Assembly: GCA_023249225.1 (NCBI GenBank)
Contig: JAHFDA010000008.1
Coordinates: forward strand, 4,331 to 68,330
DNA: 64,000 nt
Source: a bacterium
GTDB taxonomy: Bacteria; Margulisbacteria; Marinamargulisbacteria; JAHFDA01
Reading direction: 5' to 3'
Shown here one piece after another: positions 41,634 through 51,187 of the stretch. The notes below the pieces were generated by a model that had not been told where the DNA came from, did no database searches, and worked only from the letters and a program-made list of their open reading frames with translations. The first letter of the stretch is position 1, and the number at the start of each line of letters is the position of its first letter. Position numbers and translations under genes: made by a program.

Positions 41634-42553
41634 GCCCCTCATTTAAATCCCTTAAACTTTTTGTTTTTTTAACGTTTTGTGTCGGCGGCGTTTTTAGCCA
41701 GGGTTTGTTTTTTTCTGGTCCCATTGGCGATCGGCCCTTGCGGCTGCAAAATGCTGTGTCTGCGCCCGAGCAGATCCGTTATGACAGCGGCACGGCCTCT
41801 CGGCCCATGCGTAGGAAACTTTTTAACCACAGCCAAACCTTGAGAGGTGTTAAACCAAAAGTGGCCATTGTGGTCGATGACTTCATGTACGATCCAGCAC
41901 GTTATGCCACCATTTTTGCGGTGCCGGTATCACTTAACATGGCAGTGATTCCAGGCTTTCTGCACAGCCGCGCTAACGCCTTAAGAGCTCACGCACTGGG
42001 GCACGAGGTGCTTATTCATATGCCCATGGAGGCGTTGCAACATAATATGCAACGTTATCCGCTTAAAATCATGCGTGGTATGTCGGCTGATCAGATGATG
42101 AAAACGCTCACCAAGGCCATGGACGATGTGCCCTTTGCCTGTGGCCTGAATAACCATGTGGGATCTTTGGCAACCTCTGATAAAAATCTGATGGCGCTTT
42201 TTATGGGTTGTTATGCCAAAGCCACCGAGCCTCTTTCGGAACGCCGGTATTTTTTGGATTCACGCACCAGCGGTGGGAGTCAAGCTGCCACCGTTGCCGC
42301 ACGGCTGTTTATTGCCAGCTATCACCGTGACGTGTTTTTAGATGGACAGACCGATACCCAGTACATACAAGAAAAACTACATGAGTTGGTTTTGATTGCC
42401 AAGCGCCATGGATCGGCTATCGGCATTTGCCATGTGCGTCCAGAAACCATGGCCGTGATGGCCCGAGAACTGCCGCGGTTGAGCCATGAAGTGGAGTTTG
42501 TGCATGTATCATCCTTGCTCCCAGATAGCGGGGCAAGGTTTGCCAGTCGGTGA
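41630..42553 (+). CDS. Divergent polysaccharide deacetylase family protein (YibQ-like)
   Basis: 307-aa ORF. KVAIVVDDF, EVLIHMPME and GLNNHVGS blocks. Follows an EnvC-like gene, as yibQ follows envC in E. coli. Confidence 0.8.
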   Translation: MSPSFKSLKLFVFLTFCVGGVFSQGLFFSGPIGDRPLRLQNAVSAPEQIRYDSGTASRPMRRKLFNHSQTLRGVKPKVAIVVDDFMYDPARYATIFAVPVSLNMAVIPGFLHSRANALRAHALGHEVLIHMPMEALQHNMQRYPLKIMRGMSADQMMKTLTKAMDDVPFACGLNNHVGSLATSDKNLMALFMGCYAKATEPLSERRYFLDSRTSGGSQAATVAARLFIASYHRDVFLDGQTDTQYIQEKLHELVLIAKRHGSAIGICHVRPETMAVMARELPRLSHEVEFVHVSSLLPDSGARFASR

Positions 42554-42599
42554 CAGTAGTCGAAAGTCCAAAGTCTAAAGTGTAAAGTAAAGGGGGTCG

Positions 42600-44024
42600 A
42601 TGTTGAACCAGCTTGAACCGATTTTTTTTGGAACCGACGGTTGGCGGGCACGCATGGACGGTGCCTTTCATACATCCAATGTCCGGCGTGTGAGTCAGGC
42701 CTATGCCGCCTATGTGCTTTCACAAAATGGAGCCCAGCAGGGGGTGGTAGTAGGTTACGATTTCCGGCAACATTCCGAGAACTTTGCGGTACTTACAGCG
42801 GAGTGCCTTGCGGCGTGTGGTATCCGTGTATGGTTGTCACCGGAAGCCTGTCCCACGCCGGCGGTGTCGGTGGCAGTACTCGAAAAAAAAGCGTTTGGTG
42901 GTGTGATGATCACCGCCAGCCACAACCCGGCCCAATATAACGGTTTTAAAATCAAGGATCGCTACGGAAAATCGGCTGGTTCCGAGGTTACTGGTTTTGT
43001 AGAAACCCATCTGGATCGGCCTTTGAGCGGGTTATCAGATGCTCCGTCCACGATTGCCAGCCTGGATCTTAAAACCTTGTATTTAACGAGATTACAAGGG
43101 GCGGTAGACATGGCCCGCATTGCGGAACAACCCCAAAAGGTGCTCGTCAACTGTTTGTATGGCAGCGGTGCGGGTGTGATGGCCAAAGCCTTTGCAGATT
43201 CAAAGTTGCAGGTGGTGGAGATGAACGCCACGCGCGATATGCACTTTGGCGGTATCAACCCCGAGCCACTCGAAGTCAATGTCAAGGATATGCAAGCACG
43301 CATGCGTCAGGAAAAGTTTGATCTGGGCTTGATCTACGATGGTGATGCCGACCGTATTGGCGCCATGACCCCGGACGGCATCTTTTTAAACTCGCAGGAT
43401 ATATATGTTCTTTTGCTCTGGCACCTGTTGCAGCATCGTCACATGCAGGGCAGGGTAGTCAAATCCTTTAACATCACCGACCGCGTGGATCGTCTGGCCC
43501 GCCAGCACGGATGTCCTTTGCAGGTTACGCCCATTGGCTTTAAGCAGATTGCCCCCTTTTTACTCCAGCCCGATTGTTTGATAGGAGGGGAGGAATCGGG
43601 TGGTTATGGCGTGCGTTTTTATCTGCCAGAGCGCGATGGCATATTCTGCGGACTGCTCCTGCTTGAATCTATGGCCATGGGTGGCAAAGGGATCAAGGCG
43701 CTTTTAGACCAGGCAGCGTCCGAAATTGGAGCTACTTTTTATCACCGCCTGGATGTTCAACTCAATGCGGGTACAGACCCACAGGCCCTTATGGCACAAT
43801 TCAAAAATCCCTCTGGAATGCGGTTTGCCAACCTAAAAATCCAGTCGGTCGAAACCTTGGACGGCATCAAGTACCGTTTTGGTGACGGGCACTGGATACT
43901 TTTCCGTTTTTCGGGGACAGAACCGCTACTGCGGATTTATGCCGAAGGACCGCAACAGGAAGCCGTGACGTTGTTGTTGGATGAGGCGCAGAAGCTATTC
44001 CCAGATGTGAATAGTGCAAGCTAA
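42600..44024 (+). CDS. Phosphoglucomutase/phosphomannomutase family protein (alpha-D-phosphohexomutase)
   Basis: 474-aa ORF. FGTDGWR, active-site ITASHNPAQYNGFK, metal loop YDGDADR, sugar loop GGEESGG, phosphate loop RFSGTEPLLRIY. Confidence 0.9.
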   Translation: MLNQLEPIFFGTDGWRARMDGAFHTSNVRRVSQAYAAYVLSQNGAQQGVVVGYDFRQHSENFAVLTAECLAACGIRVWLSPEACPTPAVSVAVLEKKAFGGVMITASHNPAQYNGFKIKDRYGKSAGSEVTGFVETHLDRPLSGLSDAPSTIASLDLKTLYLTRLQGAVDMARIAEQPQKVLVNCLYGSGAGVMAKAFADSKLQVVEMNATRDMHFGGINPEPLEVNVKDMQARMRQEKFDLGLIYDGDADRIGAMTPDGIFLNSQDIYVLLLWHLLQHRHMQGRVVKSFNITDRVDRLARQHGCPLQVTPIGFKQIAPFLLQPDCLIGGEESGGYGVRFYLPERDGIFCGLLLLESMAMGGKGIKALLDQAASEIGATFYHRLDVQLNAGTDPQALMAQFKNPSGMRFANLKIQSVETLDGIKYRFGDGHWILFRFSGTEPLLRIYAEGPQQEAVTLLLDEAQKLFPDVNSAS

Positions 44025-44087
44025 AATCTCGTGGTATGCTTACCCGACTTCGTTAAGCCATAGTTCCACGGGGTCATTAGGAAGCGC

Positions 44088-45014
44088 ATGGCAAAACTAG
44101 GCAAGGATTTTATCGCCATCCGGGATCTGCCTAAAGCTCATTTAAATTACTTGTTGAGCCAAGCCAAACATTTTAAAACTTTCTTTAGTCGGCCTAATAA
44201 ACAATCCCCGGCCTTGCGTGGCAAAACCATTGCCAATATTTTTTTCGAACCCAGCACACGCACCCGTTCGGCTTTTGAGATGGCCGGAAAGATGCTGGGT
44301 GCCGGTATCATGAACTTGCAGATGTCTGCCACATCGATCAACAAGGGCGAAACCATTATTGACACCGTTAAAAACCTGCATGCCCTGGGGGTAGACGTGC
44401 TGGTGGTACGGCATCATATTGCCGGCGTACCTAAAATGATTGCTGACCATATTCCCATTCCCGTGTGCAATGCGGGTGATGGTTATAACGAACATCCTAC
44501 CCAAGGCTTGCTGGATATCTTTACCATGCTGGAACATTGCAAATCCTTAAAGGACAAGCATGTGACCATTGTGGGCGATATCAAACACAGTCGTGTGGCG
44601 CGGTCGAACATATACGGTCTTACCATGCTGGGGGCCAAAGTGACGGTCTGCGGTCCACCGTCACTGATCCCCATGGGCATTGAGTCTTTGGGTGTCAAGA
44701 TCGAAACAAATCTTAAAAAAGCCATCACTAAGGCTGATTTTATTAATGTGCTGCGAATTCAAATCGAACGCCAACAGTCGGGGCATTTTCCGTCGCTGCG
44801 CGAATACAACGAAGTGTTTGGAATCACCTCGCACAGCTTGGCATACGCGCCGCCGCATACCATTGTGATGCATCCCGGTCCCATTAACCGTGGCGTTGAG
44901 CTATCATCAGAAGTCATCGACTCTGACCGCAACGTTATTCTTGATCAGGTCACCAACGGTATTGCGGTGCGCATGGCCGTCTTGTTTTATCTGTTAACCG
45001 GAGCGGAAGCATGA
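44088..45014 (+). CDS. pyrB: Aspartate carbamoyltransferase catalytic subunit
   Basis: 308-aa ORF. FFEPSTRTRSAFE, HPTQGLLD and HPGPINRG motifs. Confidence 0.95.
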   Translation: MAKLGKDFIAIRDLPKAHLNYLLSQAKHFKTFFSRPNKQSPALRGKTIANIFFEPSTRTRSAFEMAGKMLGAGIMNLQMSATSINKGETIIDTVKNLHALGVDVLVVRHHIAGVPKMIADHIPIPVCNAGDGYNEHPTQGLLDIFTMLEHCKSLKDKHVTIVGDIKHSRVARSNIYGLTMLGAKVTVCGPPSLIPMGIESLGVKIETNLKKAITKADFINVLRIQIERQQSGHFPSLREYNEVFGITSHSLAYAPPHTIVMHPGPINRGVELSSEVIDSDRNVILDQVTNGIAVRMAVLFYLLTGAEA

Positions 45015-46360
45015 GGGGAAACCGTTTTAATGCCGGTCAAGACGCACGCAGTAATCCCAGCCCAGGGCAGGAGGGTTCCCGTGTGTTGATTTTAAACGGT
45101 ACCGTCATTGATCCGTCACAAAACCTAAACAAAAAAACCGATGTATTGATTGAAGATGGCAAAATAGGTTCGCTTGAAAAACTTTCTGCGGCTGACCGTT
45201 CTTCGGCCGATGAGGTCATTGACGCGCAGGGTCTGTGGGTTTTTCCGGGTTTTGTTGATATCCATGTGCACTTTCGTGAACCCGGAAACGAGGGATCAGA
45301 AACGCTGGCCACGGGCTCCCGTGCCGCTGCCCGTGGTGGGTTTACATCGGTGCTGGTGATGCCCAACACCACGCCACCGATCGACACCCCCGAAATGGTG
45401 CGTTGGGTAAGTGAACGCGCCAAAGATGAATCGCTGGTTGATATTTATGTCTGTGGTGCCATTACGGTAGGCCGCCAAGGGCAGCAGCTCACCGACATGA
45501 TGCGCATGCGCCGCGTGGGTGCAATGGCGTTCAGCGATGACGGGGATCCCGTGTCGAACGCCTTTATGATGCGGCAGGCTCTGGAATACGCTCAACTGAC
45601 GGGTGCCCCGGTCATGGATCACTGTGAAGACCATGCCTTAAGTTGCGGGGGTTGCATGAACGAGGGCAAGATCGCGACCCTGCTGGGGCTTTCGGGCATA
45701 CCGCACAGTTCTGAAGATACCATCGTGGCCCGCGATCTGTTGCTGGCCGAGGAATTTGGCGGACGCATTCACATTTGTCACATCAGTTCGGGGCGGTCGG
45801 TGGAGCTTGTGCGCCAGTTTAAAGCGCGGGGCGTTAAAGTCAGCTGCGAAACGGCGCCACACTATTTTTCGGTGACCGATGCAATGGTGCAAGGCTACAA
45901 CACTTATGCCAAAATGAACCCCCCGCTGCGTGAATCTCATGACCAGGCCGAAATCATCCGTGGCCTGGCCGATGGCACCATTGACGCCATTGCCACCGAT
46001 CACGCGCCGCATCATGATGACTGCAAAAATCTTGAATTTCCTTCGGCTGCCTTTGGCATTATCGGATTAGAAACGTCTTGGGCGCTGACTTATACGCAGC
46101 TGGTAAAAACTAAAAAACTAAGTCTGGATCAAGCCGTGTCTTTGCTGACGCACCGGCCTGCCGGGGTCATTGGTGTTGAACGTGGCACACTGAAAGTCGG
46201 CAGTATGGCCAATGTGACTTTGGTAGATGCGGCACAGCGCTGGCGACTTGAACCCAAGCACATTGCTTCCAAGTCGAAAAATTCACCCTTCTATGGCTGG
46301 GATCTTGAGTCTAAAGTCATGCGCACGCTTTACGCCGGTAAGACGATTTACAACGCGTAG
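45011..46360 (+). CDS. pyrC: Dihydroorotase (multifunctional-complex type)
   Basis: 449-aa ORF. FVDIHVHFREPG, HICHISS and ATDHAPH metal ligands. 4-nt overlap with pyrB. Confidence 0.9.
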   Translation: MRGNRFNAGQDARSNPSPGQEGSRVLILNGTVIDPSQNLNKKTDVLIEDGKIGSLEKLSAADRSSADEVIDAQGLWVFPGFVDIHVHFREPGNEGSETLATGSRAAARGGFTSVLVMPNTTPPIDTPEMVRWVSERAKDESLVDIYVCGAITVGRQGQQLTDMMRMRRVGAMAFSDDGDPVSNAFMMRQALEYAQLTGAPVMDHCEDHALSCGGCMNEGKIATLLGLSGIPHSSEDTIVARDLLLAEEFGGRIHICHISSGRSVELVRQFKARGVKVSCETAPHYFSVTDAMVQGYNTYAKMNPPLRESHDQAEIIRGLADGTIDAIATDHAPHHDDCKNLEFPSAAFGIIGLETSWALTYTQLVKTKKLSLDQAVSLLTHRPAGVIGVERGTLKVGSMANVTLVDAAQRWRLEPKHIASKSKNSPFYGWDLESKVMRTLYAGKTIYNA

Positions 46361-46375
46361 TTCATAATTCCTTTA

Positions 46376-47971
46376 GTGAAGCGCGTTTCCATAACCGCAG
46401 GGATACTGTGTCTCGTGCTCTTGTGTACGGCCTTGCTCCGCTGGCGCCTGCTTGATGTTCCCTTTGAACGCGACGAAGGTGAGTTTGCCTATGCCGGGCA
46501 ACTGCTGCTGCAAGGGGTAGCGCCTTTTACGCAGGCCTACAACATGAAGATGCCGGGAATTTATGTGGTCTATGCGCTTATGATGGCGGTGTTTGGCGAA
46601 AGTATCCGTGGCGTGCATCTGGGATTGCTCGTGGCCAATTGGGTATCCATCGTGCTCATGTATTTTTTAGGTCGGCGGCTTTATGGCTCCATGATCGGGC
46701 TTATATCAGCCATCTTTTTTGCATTGCTTGCCATCGGTCAGTGGGTGCAGGGAGTGTTCGCACAATCCGAGCATTTTGTGTTGGTGTTTGCGCTGGCTGG
46801 GATTCTACTGGCCCTGCACGCACGTGAGTCTAAAACAGTTTGGGCCTATTTGATCAGCGGTGTGTTGCTGGGAATGGCGGTCGTGGTCAAACAGCATGGG
46901 GCCATGTTTGCGGCATTTACGGGCGTGTTTTTACTGGCCGATCAGATCAATCAACGCAAACAAAATCATCTGGGTCAGGCCGCGCTGCGCTTGGGTGTTT
47001 TTGGTACCGGGCTTGCCTTGCCGTTTGGACTTATTTGCTTTTGGCTCTGGCGGGGGGGCGTCTTTGCGCGATTCTGGTTTTGGACTTATTCCTATGCCCA
47101 GGAATATGTCTTGATGATGCCACCTAATCTTGGGTGGGTATTCTTTTCTTTTCGCATGTCCAATATTGTGCCGACCGCAGGGTTTGTGTGGCTGCTTGCC
47201 CTGGCTGGTTTGGTGGTCTTGATATTAGACCGGGCCCGCCCCAAACGTTGCCTAGGGGTGCTTGGGTTTTTTTGTTTTTCTTTTTTGGCGCTTTGTCCGG
47301 GTTTGTATTTTAGACCACATTATTTTGTACTTTGGTTACCCGCTATTGCATTGCTGGCGGGGGTAGGCGTTTGTGGCATCACAGAAAAATGGCCTGTTAA
47401 GGCTGCCTATAAAATGGCAGGATGCATCATGCTTGTCTCAATGACGCTGGTACAGTCTTTGTACACACAACAACACTATTTGTTTGGTATGGATATGACC
47501 CAGGTGTGTCGCAGTATCTACGGTACCTGTCCGTTTCCAGAGTCGCTGAAAATTGCCGCTTATATAAAGGCGCACACCCGTCCAGATGAAAAAATCGGTA
47601 TCTTTGGTTCTGAACCGCAGATTTGTTTTTACGCCCAGCGCCGGTCGGCCACAGGATATATTTATATGTACGCACTGCTTGAAAATCAGCGTTTTGCGGG
47701 TTTGATGCGCCAGGAAATGATTGCAGAGATCGAAGCACAAAGGCCTGCGTATATGGTTTATGTCCACGTGAGTAATTCCTGGTTCTCTACGCAGCATTTC
47801 GAACCGGGGGTCTTTATTTGGGCACAGGAGTATCTTCAGAGAAATTACCAGCGGGTCGGTCTTGTTGATATGCACGTAAGCGGCACACGTTATTTGTGGG
47901 ATGACGCAGCTGCAAACGTCCAACCCACATCAAAAAACTGGCTGGCGATTTTTAAACGCGCAGAAACATAA
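46376..47971 (+). CDS. ArnT/GT39-like membrane glycosyltransferase
   Basis: 531-aa polytopic ORF (GTG start). The N-terminal loop FERDEGEFAYAGQLLLQG resembles the DE(x) motif of GT-C enzymes. About 11 TM plus a soluble C-terminal domain. Confidence 0.75.
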   Translation: MKRVSITAGILCLVLLCTALLRWRLLDVPFERDEGEFAYAGQLLLQGVAPFTQAYNMKMPGIYVVYALMMAVFGESIRGVHLGLLVANWVSIVLMYFLGRRLYGSMIGLISAIFFALLAIGQWVQGVFAQSEHFVLVFALAGILLALHARESKTVWAYLISGVLLGMAVVVKQHGAMFAAFTGVFLLADQINQRKQNHLGQAALRLGVFGTGLALPFGLICFWLWRGGVFARFWFWTYSYAQEYVLMMPPNLGWVFFSFRMSNIVPTAGFVWLLALAGLVVLILDRARPKRCLGVLGFFCFSFLALCPGLYFRPHYFVLWLPAIALLAGVGVCGITEKWPVKAAYKMAGCIMLVSMTLVQSLYTQQHYLFGMDMTQVCRSIYGTCPFPESLKIAAYIKAHTRPDEKIGIFGSEPQICFYAQRRSATGYIYMYALLENQRFAGLMRQEMIAEIEAQRPAYMVYVHVSNSWFSTQHFEPGVFIWAQEYLQRNYQRVGLVDMHVSGTRYLWDDAAANVQPTSKNWLAIFKRAET

Positions 47972-48031
47972 AATTTGGCGGATATCCTTGCGCTGCCGAT
48001 GGAACCCTTTAATTAAAGGCAGAGTTTGCGC

Positions 48032-48250
48032 CTACCACATCTGCCCCGAGCGGCGCTCGCGGCTTTGGCGTTGCGAAACAGCCATTGCATAGTAGTTTTC
48101 CTCAAGTTCCTTGAGTAACACTTTTACCAGGCCATCGTCTTTTTGGTATAAACTGGCTTCGTCATTGTCAGAAAAACCCAAAAACATGTATTTTTTTCCG
48201 CTGGGTCTATGAATGACGGTACCGCCTTTGCGAAAATCCTTCTTGGGCAT
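48032..48250 (-). CDS. Hypothetical small protein
   Basis: 72-aa ORF in an otherwise empty 340-nt gap. No clear SD, so coding status is uncertain. Confidence 0.35.
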   Translation of the reverse strand: MPKKDFRKGGTVIHRPSGKKYMFLGFSDNDEASLYQKDDGLVKVLLKELEENYYAMAVSQRQSRERRSGQMW

Positions 48251-48311
48251 GCGATTATTGTACCGGACGAGTCAAAAAAATACTGGGATAGTTATAGGGG
48301 TGTTTCGATAG

Positions 48312-49118
48312 ATGCTTGTGTCTATGAACTGTAAACAGATCGGGATTGTCCCAGAAACTCCGCAGCAAGATGATTCCGTGTTTTCCTGGCCCGTGCGGGG
48401 TTTGGTTTTGTATGTCTCTTTTGTAGGCGGGCTGTTTCTTTTGCGCTGGCTGTCATGGGCCTGGTATAACCCCTGTGTTTTTAAAAAAGATTCTGATGCA
48501 TGTGAGACTGAACGGGCCGTGTCGCAAATGCAGGCGCAGCGCGATCTGATCTACCAGTTGGCAGCGCAAAACGCCACGCTAAAAGATTATTTACCCGACC
48601 ATCCGTCACCGGTGGTGCCTATGCCCGAAATAGAACAACTCTTATGTAAACCCAGAGATTTTGGATATGTGATTGCCGTATCTCATCAGCATGGAATTAG
48701 CCCGTGTGCGCACAATTGGCTGGACGTTCAGTGGCGGGCGGGCAATGAATCGGTTACCTTAAGCACCACCTTGCATGAACTGCATCATGTTTGGTTCGGA
48801 GAAAAAGGCTTCTATTTATTTTTTTGCCGTTCGCAAGCCTGCGAGGAATTTATTACCTATGCGCGTGAACTTGACGCGATCTATGCCGTATCTGCTTTCG
48901 AACAAGCGCTGGACAAAGAGAATTTTCCGCATGTGCAAGACAATATCGCTGAGGGGATGGCAGAATATTACGCTCAAATGAATGCCTTCGAAAAATCTTT
49001 TACACGCGAACAGCTCACGCATCACTTGCACAGCCCGCTTACACAGGCATTTTTAGACAGCCAGCCCTGGTACAACGTAGAGCCTGTGGGCGATGATATA
49101 GGTTGGGCGGACAGATAA
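48312..49118 (+). CDS. Membrane-anchored putative zinc metalloprotease (peptidase MA-like)
   Basis: 268-aa ORF. One TM (LVLYVSFVGGLFLLRWLSWAW). HELHH (HExxH) followed by NIAEGMAEYY (EGxAxY-type third-ligand motif). Confidence 0.6.
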   Translation: MLVSMNCKQIGIVPETPQQDDSVFSWPVRGLVLYVSFVGGLFLLRWLSWAWYNPCVFKKDSDACETERAVSQMQAQRDLIYQLAAQNATLKDYLPDHPSPVVPMPEIEQLLCKPRDFGYVIAVSHQHGISPCAHNWLDVQWRAGNESVTLSTTLHELHHVWFGEKGFYLFFCRSQACEEFITYARELDAIYAVSAFEQALDKENFPHVQDNIAEGMAEYYAQMNAFEKSFTREQLTHHLHSPLTQAFLDSQPWYNVEPVGDDIGWADR

Positions 49119-49180
49119 GTAAGCACTATCTAATAAATTAGATACGTATTGTTTTAAATGATTTCGACATACATAGGTAA

Positions 49181-51145
49181 ATGACTGAATTCATTCTTTC
49201 TGATTATTATGCTCAGCGCGCCGTCCGATTGAATCCGTATAAATTACCGGTACCGCAACTGATCTCTGATAAGGATCCCATCAGGGACAGTCACGCAGAG
49301 CTGCAAGCCCCTGTACCCGAAACCGGCTTATCGTTTGATGAGTATCAGCGGGCGCGGTTGCAGCTTTATTCAAAATATTTTCCGGCAGCAGAAGATGCCA
49401 ACTCCCAAAATTATTCAGATATACCGGATGCTGATATTGATGTAGAAGCTCTAAGACAAGGGGTCGTGTATACCAAACGTGTTGTCCATGCGATCCGTCA
49501 ATTACCCACTCCCCAGATCACCATCGGTGGAAACTTTTTACATTCCAGTGCCCAAGTCAACATGCCTACCGATCTTAGCCCAGACGATGATACAACTCCG
49601 TTTAATATTCCTGATTTTGCGTATAGCTTTGATAATATTTTTACCGAAGCTCAATCCATGCTTTTTGGTATTTACCCCCAACTGATAGACATCTACGCCG
49701 ATGGATACGATCCCGATACAGATGCTGACGCGCTGGCGAGCGCCATCAATGATTACTATGCAAATTGGGAAGACATCCAAGGCGAATTTAAAGACTTTGA
49801 AACCGAAGCAGATTTTAATTCTTCTTTTTCCAACAGCGCCATGCTCATGGTGGCATTTCCAGGTTTGTTTACCTACGATGCCTGGTGGGGTGCCGTTCAA
49901 TCTGCATCGGGACGGTTATCGACAGACATTAAAACCGATAACCTTCCAGAAGATGCAGCCTGGGAAAGCTATCCTTTGCAGTCTATTTTTCGGCTAAAAG
50001 ATGCCTCCATAAGCCTTCAGGCTAAGGCTGAAGCCACCGTGGGCAACAACCTCTTTTTTAAACCGCTGGGTTTAGACAGGGCTTTAAATCGCCATCTGAA
50101 TTTTAGATTCGACTTGTATTACGAGGAGATTTTGGAAGAAAGCTATCAAGACATCTGGAAATATGACGCCACAATGCATAGCGTGGATGCCCATGGCGTT
50201 AATTTTGAACAATCCTATTCATTTACGGAGAAACACACGTTGCGTTCTTACGAACAATGGGATACTCATTTTATTTTAAAGACAGAGCTTTTACCGCCGT
50301 TGTTTTTGGAATTTAACTATTTCGGGTCTGCACGCAAAGGCCTGCTTCAAGACAGCACCGATGTCAGTGGCACGGCACAAACCACTGCGCCTGCTTTAAC
50401 AACGGATTTATACGATTTCAGTCTGGTTGAAACAGATCTCAACGACTATACCCTTCATCCCTATGAGACCGTTTTTTACACGCCCCGCCTGGGACGCTTT
50501 TCGGGTGCTACAGCACTCACGGGTCACGTCGACCTGGGCGGCGACCGATTGACAGGTCAATTTCAAACAGGGGGTTACTTTCAGGGTGCTTCCTTAATGA
50601 TGATGGATGCTTTTAAAAGCCCACGCCATGGCTGGGGATCCTTTGTATATGCCCAGGGCATGGCCTCACCCTATGAAGGTCATCCGCTGCTTGGCGGAAC
50701 TCCGTATAACGGCACCGTGGGCATCTATTTTTCGGACAAGCCTGCATTATGTAAACAGCAGCTTCAGCAACGTTTTATGGGAGCCTATGCCATCGAAGTT
50801 AATCCGATTCACCCCGATGCGCGCGGCATCATGTTGCAAAATTTTATGGATGCCAGTTTTGTGTACGGATTAGGCTTTTCTTATCTTATCGATCAAAATG
50901 CTCTGAACATAGATTACGCCACCGACCGCGCGTATGGCCAATTTCAATTTGGATACCTGGATCATCGTAGTACCGCCATGATTGATTTGGGCGTACGTGA
51001 TCTGTTTTACAAGAATACGGATAAGTACCGGGGTCATTTTGATGTGTACGGGCGTTACAAGTACAGTTTTATCGACTGGGATAAGACCGAATCCATCAGT
51101 GATGGCGCCGAAGTTTTTGTGGGCGCGCGCTGGCGTTTTTTTTAA
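49181..51145 (+). CDS. Large hypothetical protein with beta-barrel-like C-terminal half (paralog of 51188-53656)
   Basis: 654-aa ORF. Alternating aromatic/polar strands and a terminal ...VFVGARWRFF (OMP-like C-terminal Phe). No N-terminal signal peptide is visible. Aligns with the next ORF over about 450 aa. Confidence 0.65.
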   Translation: MTEFILSDYYAQRAVRLNPYKLPVPQLISDKDPIRDSHAELQAPVPETGLSFDEYQRARLQLYSKYFPAAEDANSQNYSDIPDADIDVEALRQGVVYTKRVVHAIRQLPTPQITIGGNFLHSSAQVNMPTDLSPDDDTTPFNIPDFAYSFDNIFTEAQSMLFGIYPQLIDIYADGYDPDTDADALASAINDYYANWEDIQGEFKDFETEADFNSSFSNSAMLMVAFPGLFTYDAWWGAVQSASGRLSTDIKTDNLPEDAAWESYPLQSIFRLKDASISLQAKAEATVGNNLFFKPLGLDRALNRHLNFRFDLYYEEILEESYQDIWKYDATMHSVDAHGVNFEQSYSFTEKHTLRSYEQWDTHFILKTELLPPLFLEFNYFGSARKGLLQDSTDVSGTAQTTAPALTTDLYDFSLVETDLNDYTLHPYETVFYTPRLGRFSGATALTGHVDLGGDRLTGQFQTGGYFQGASLMMMDAFKSPRHGWGSFVYAQGMASPYEGHPLLGGTPYNGTVGIYFSDKPALCKQQLQQRFMGAYAIEVNPIHPDARGIMLQNFMDASFVYGLGFSYLIDQNALNIDYATDRAYGQFQFGYLDHRSTAMIDLGVRDLFYKNTDKYRGHFDVYGRYKYSFIDWDKTESISDGAEVFVGARWRFF

Positions 51146-51187
51146 GCCTGCCAGACTTTATGGAGACGACCCCACAGGTCGCATGAC

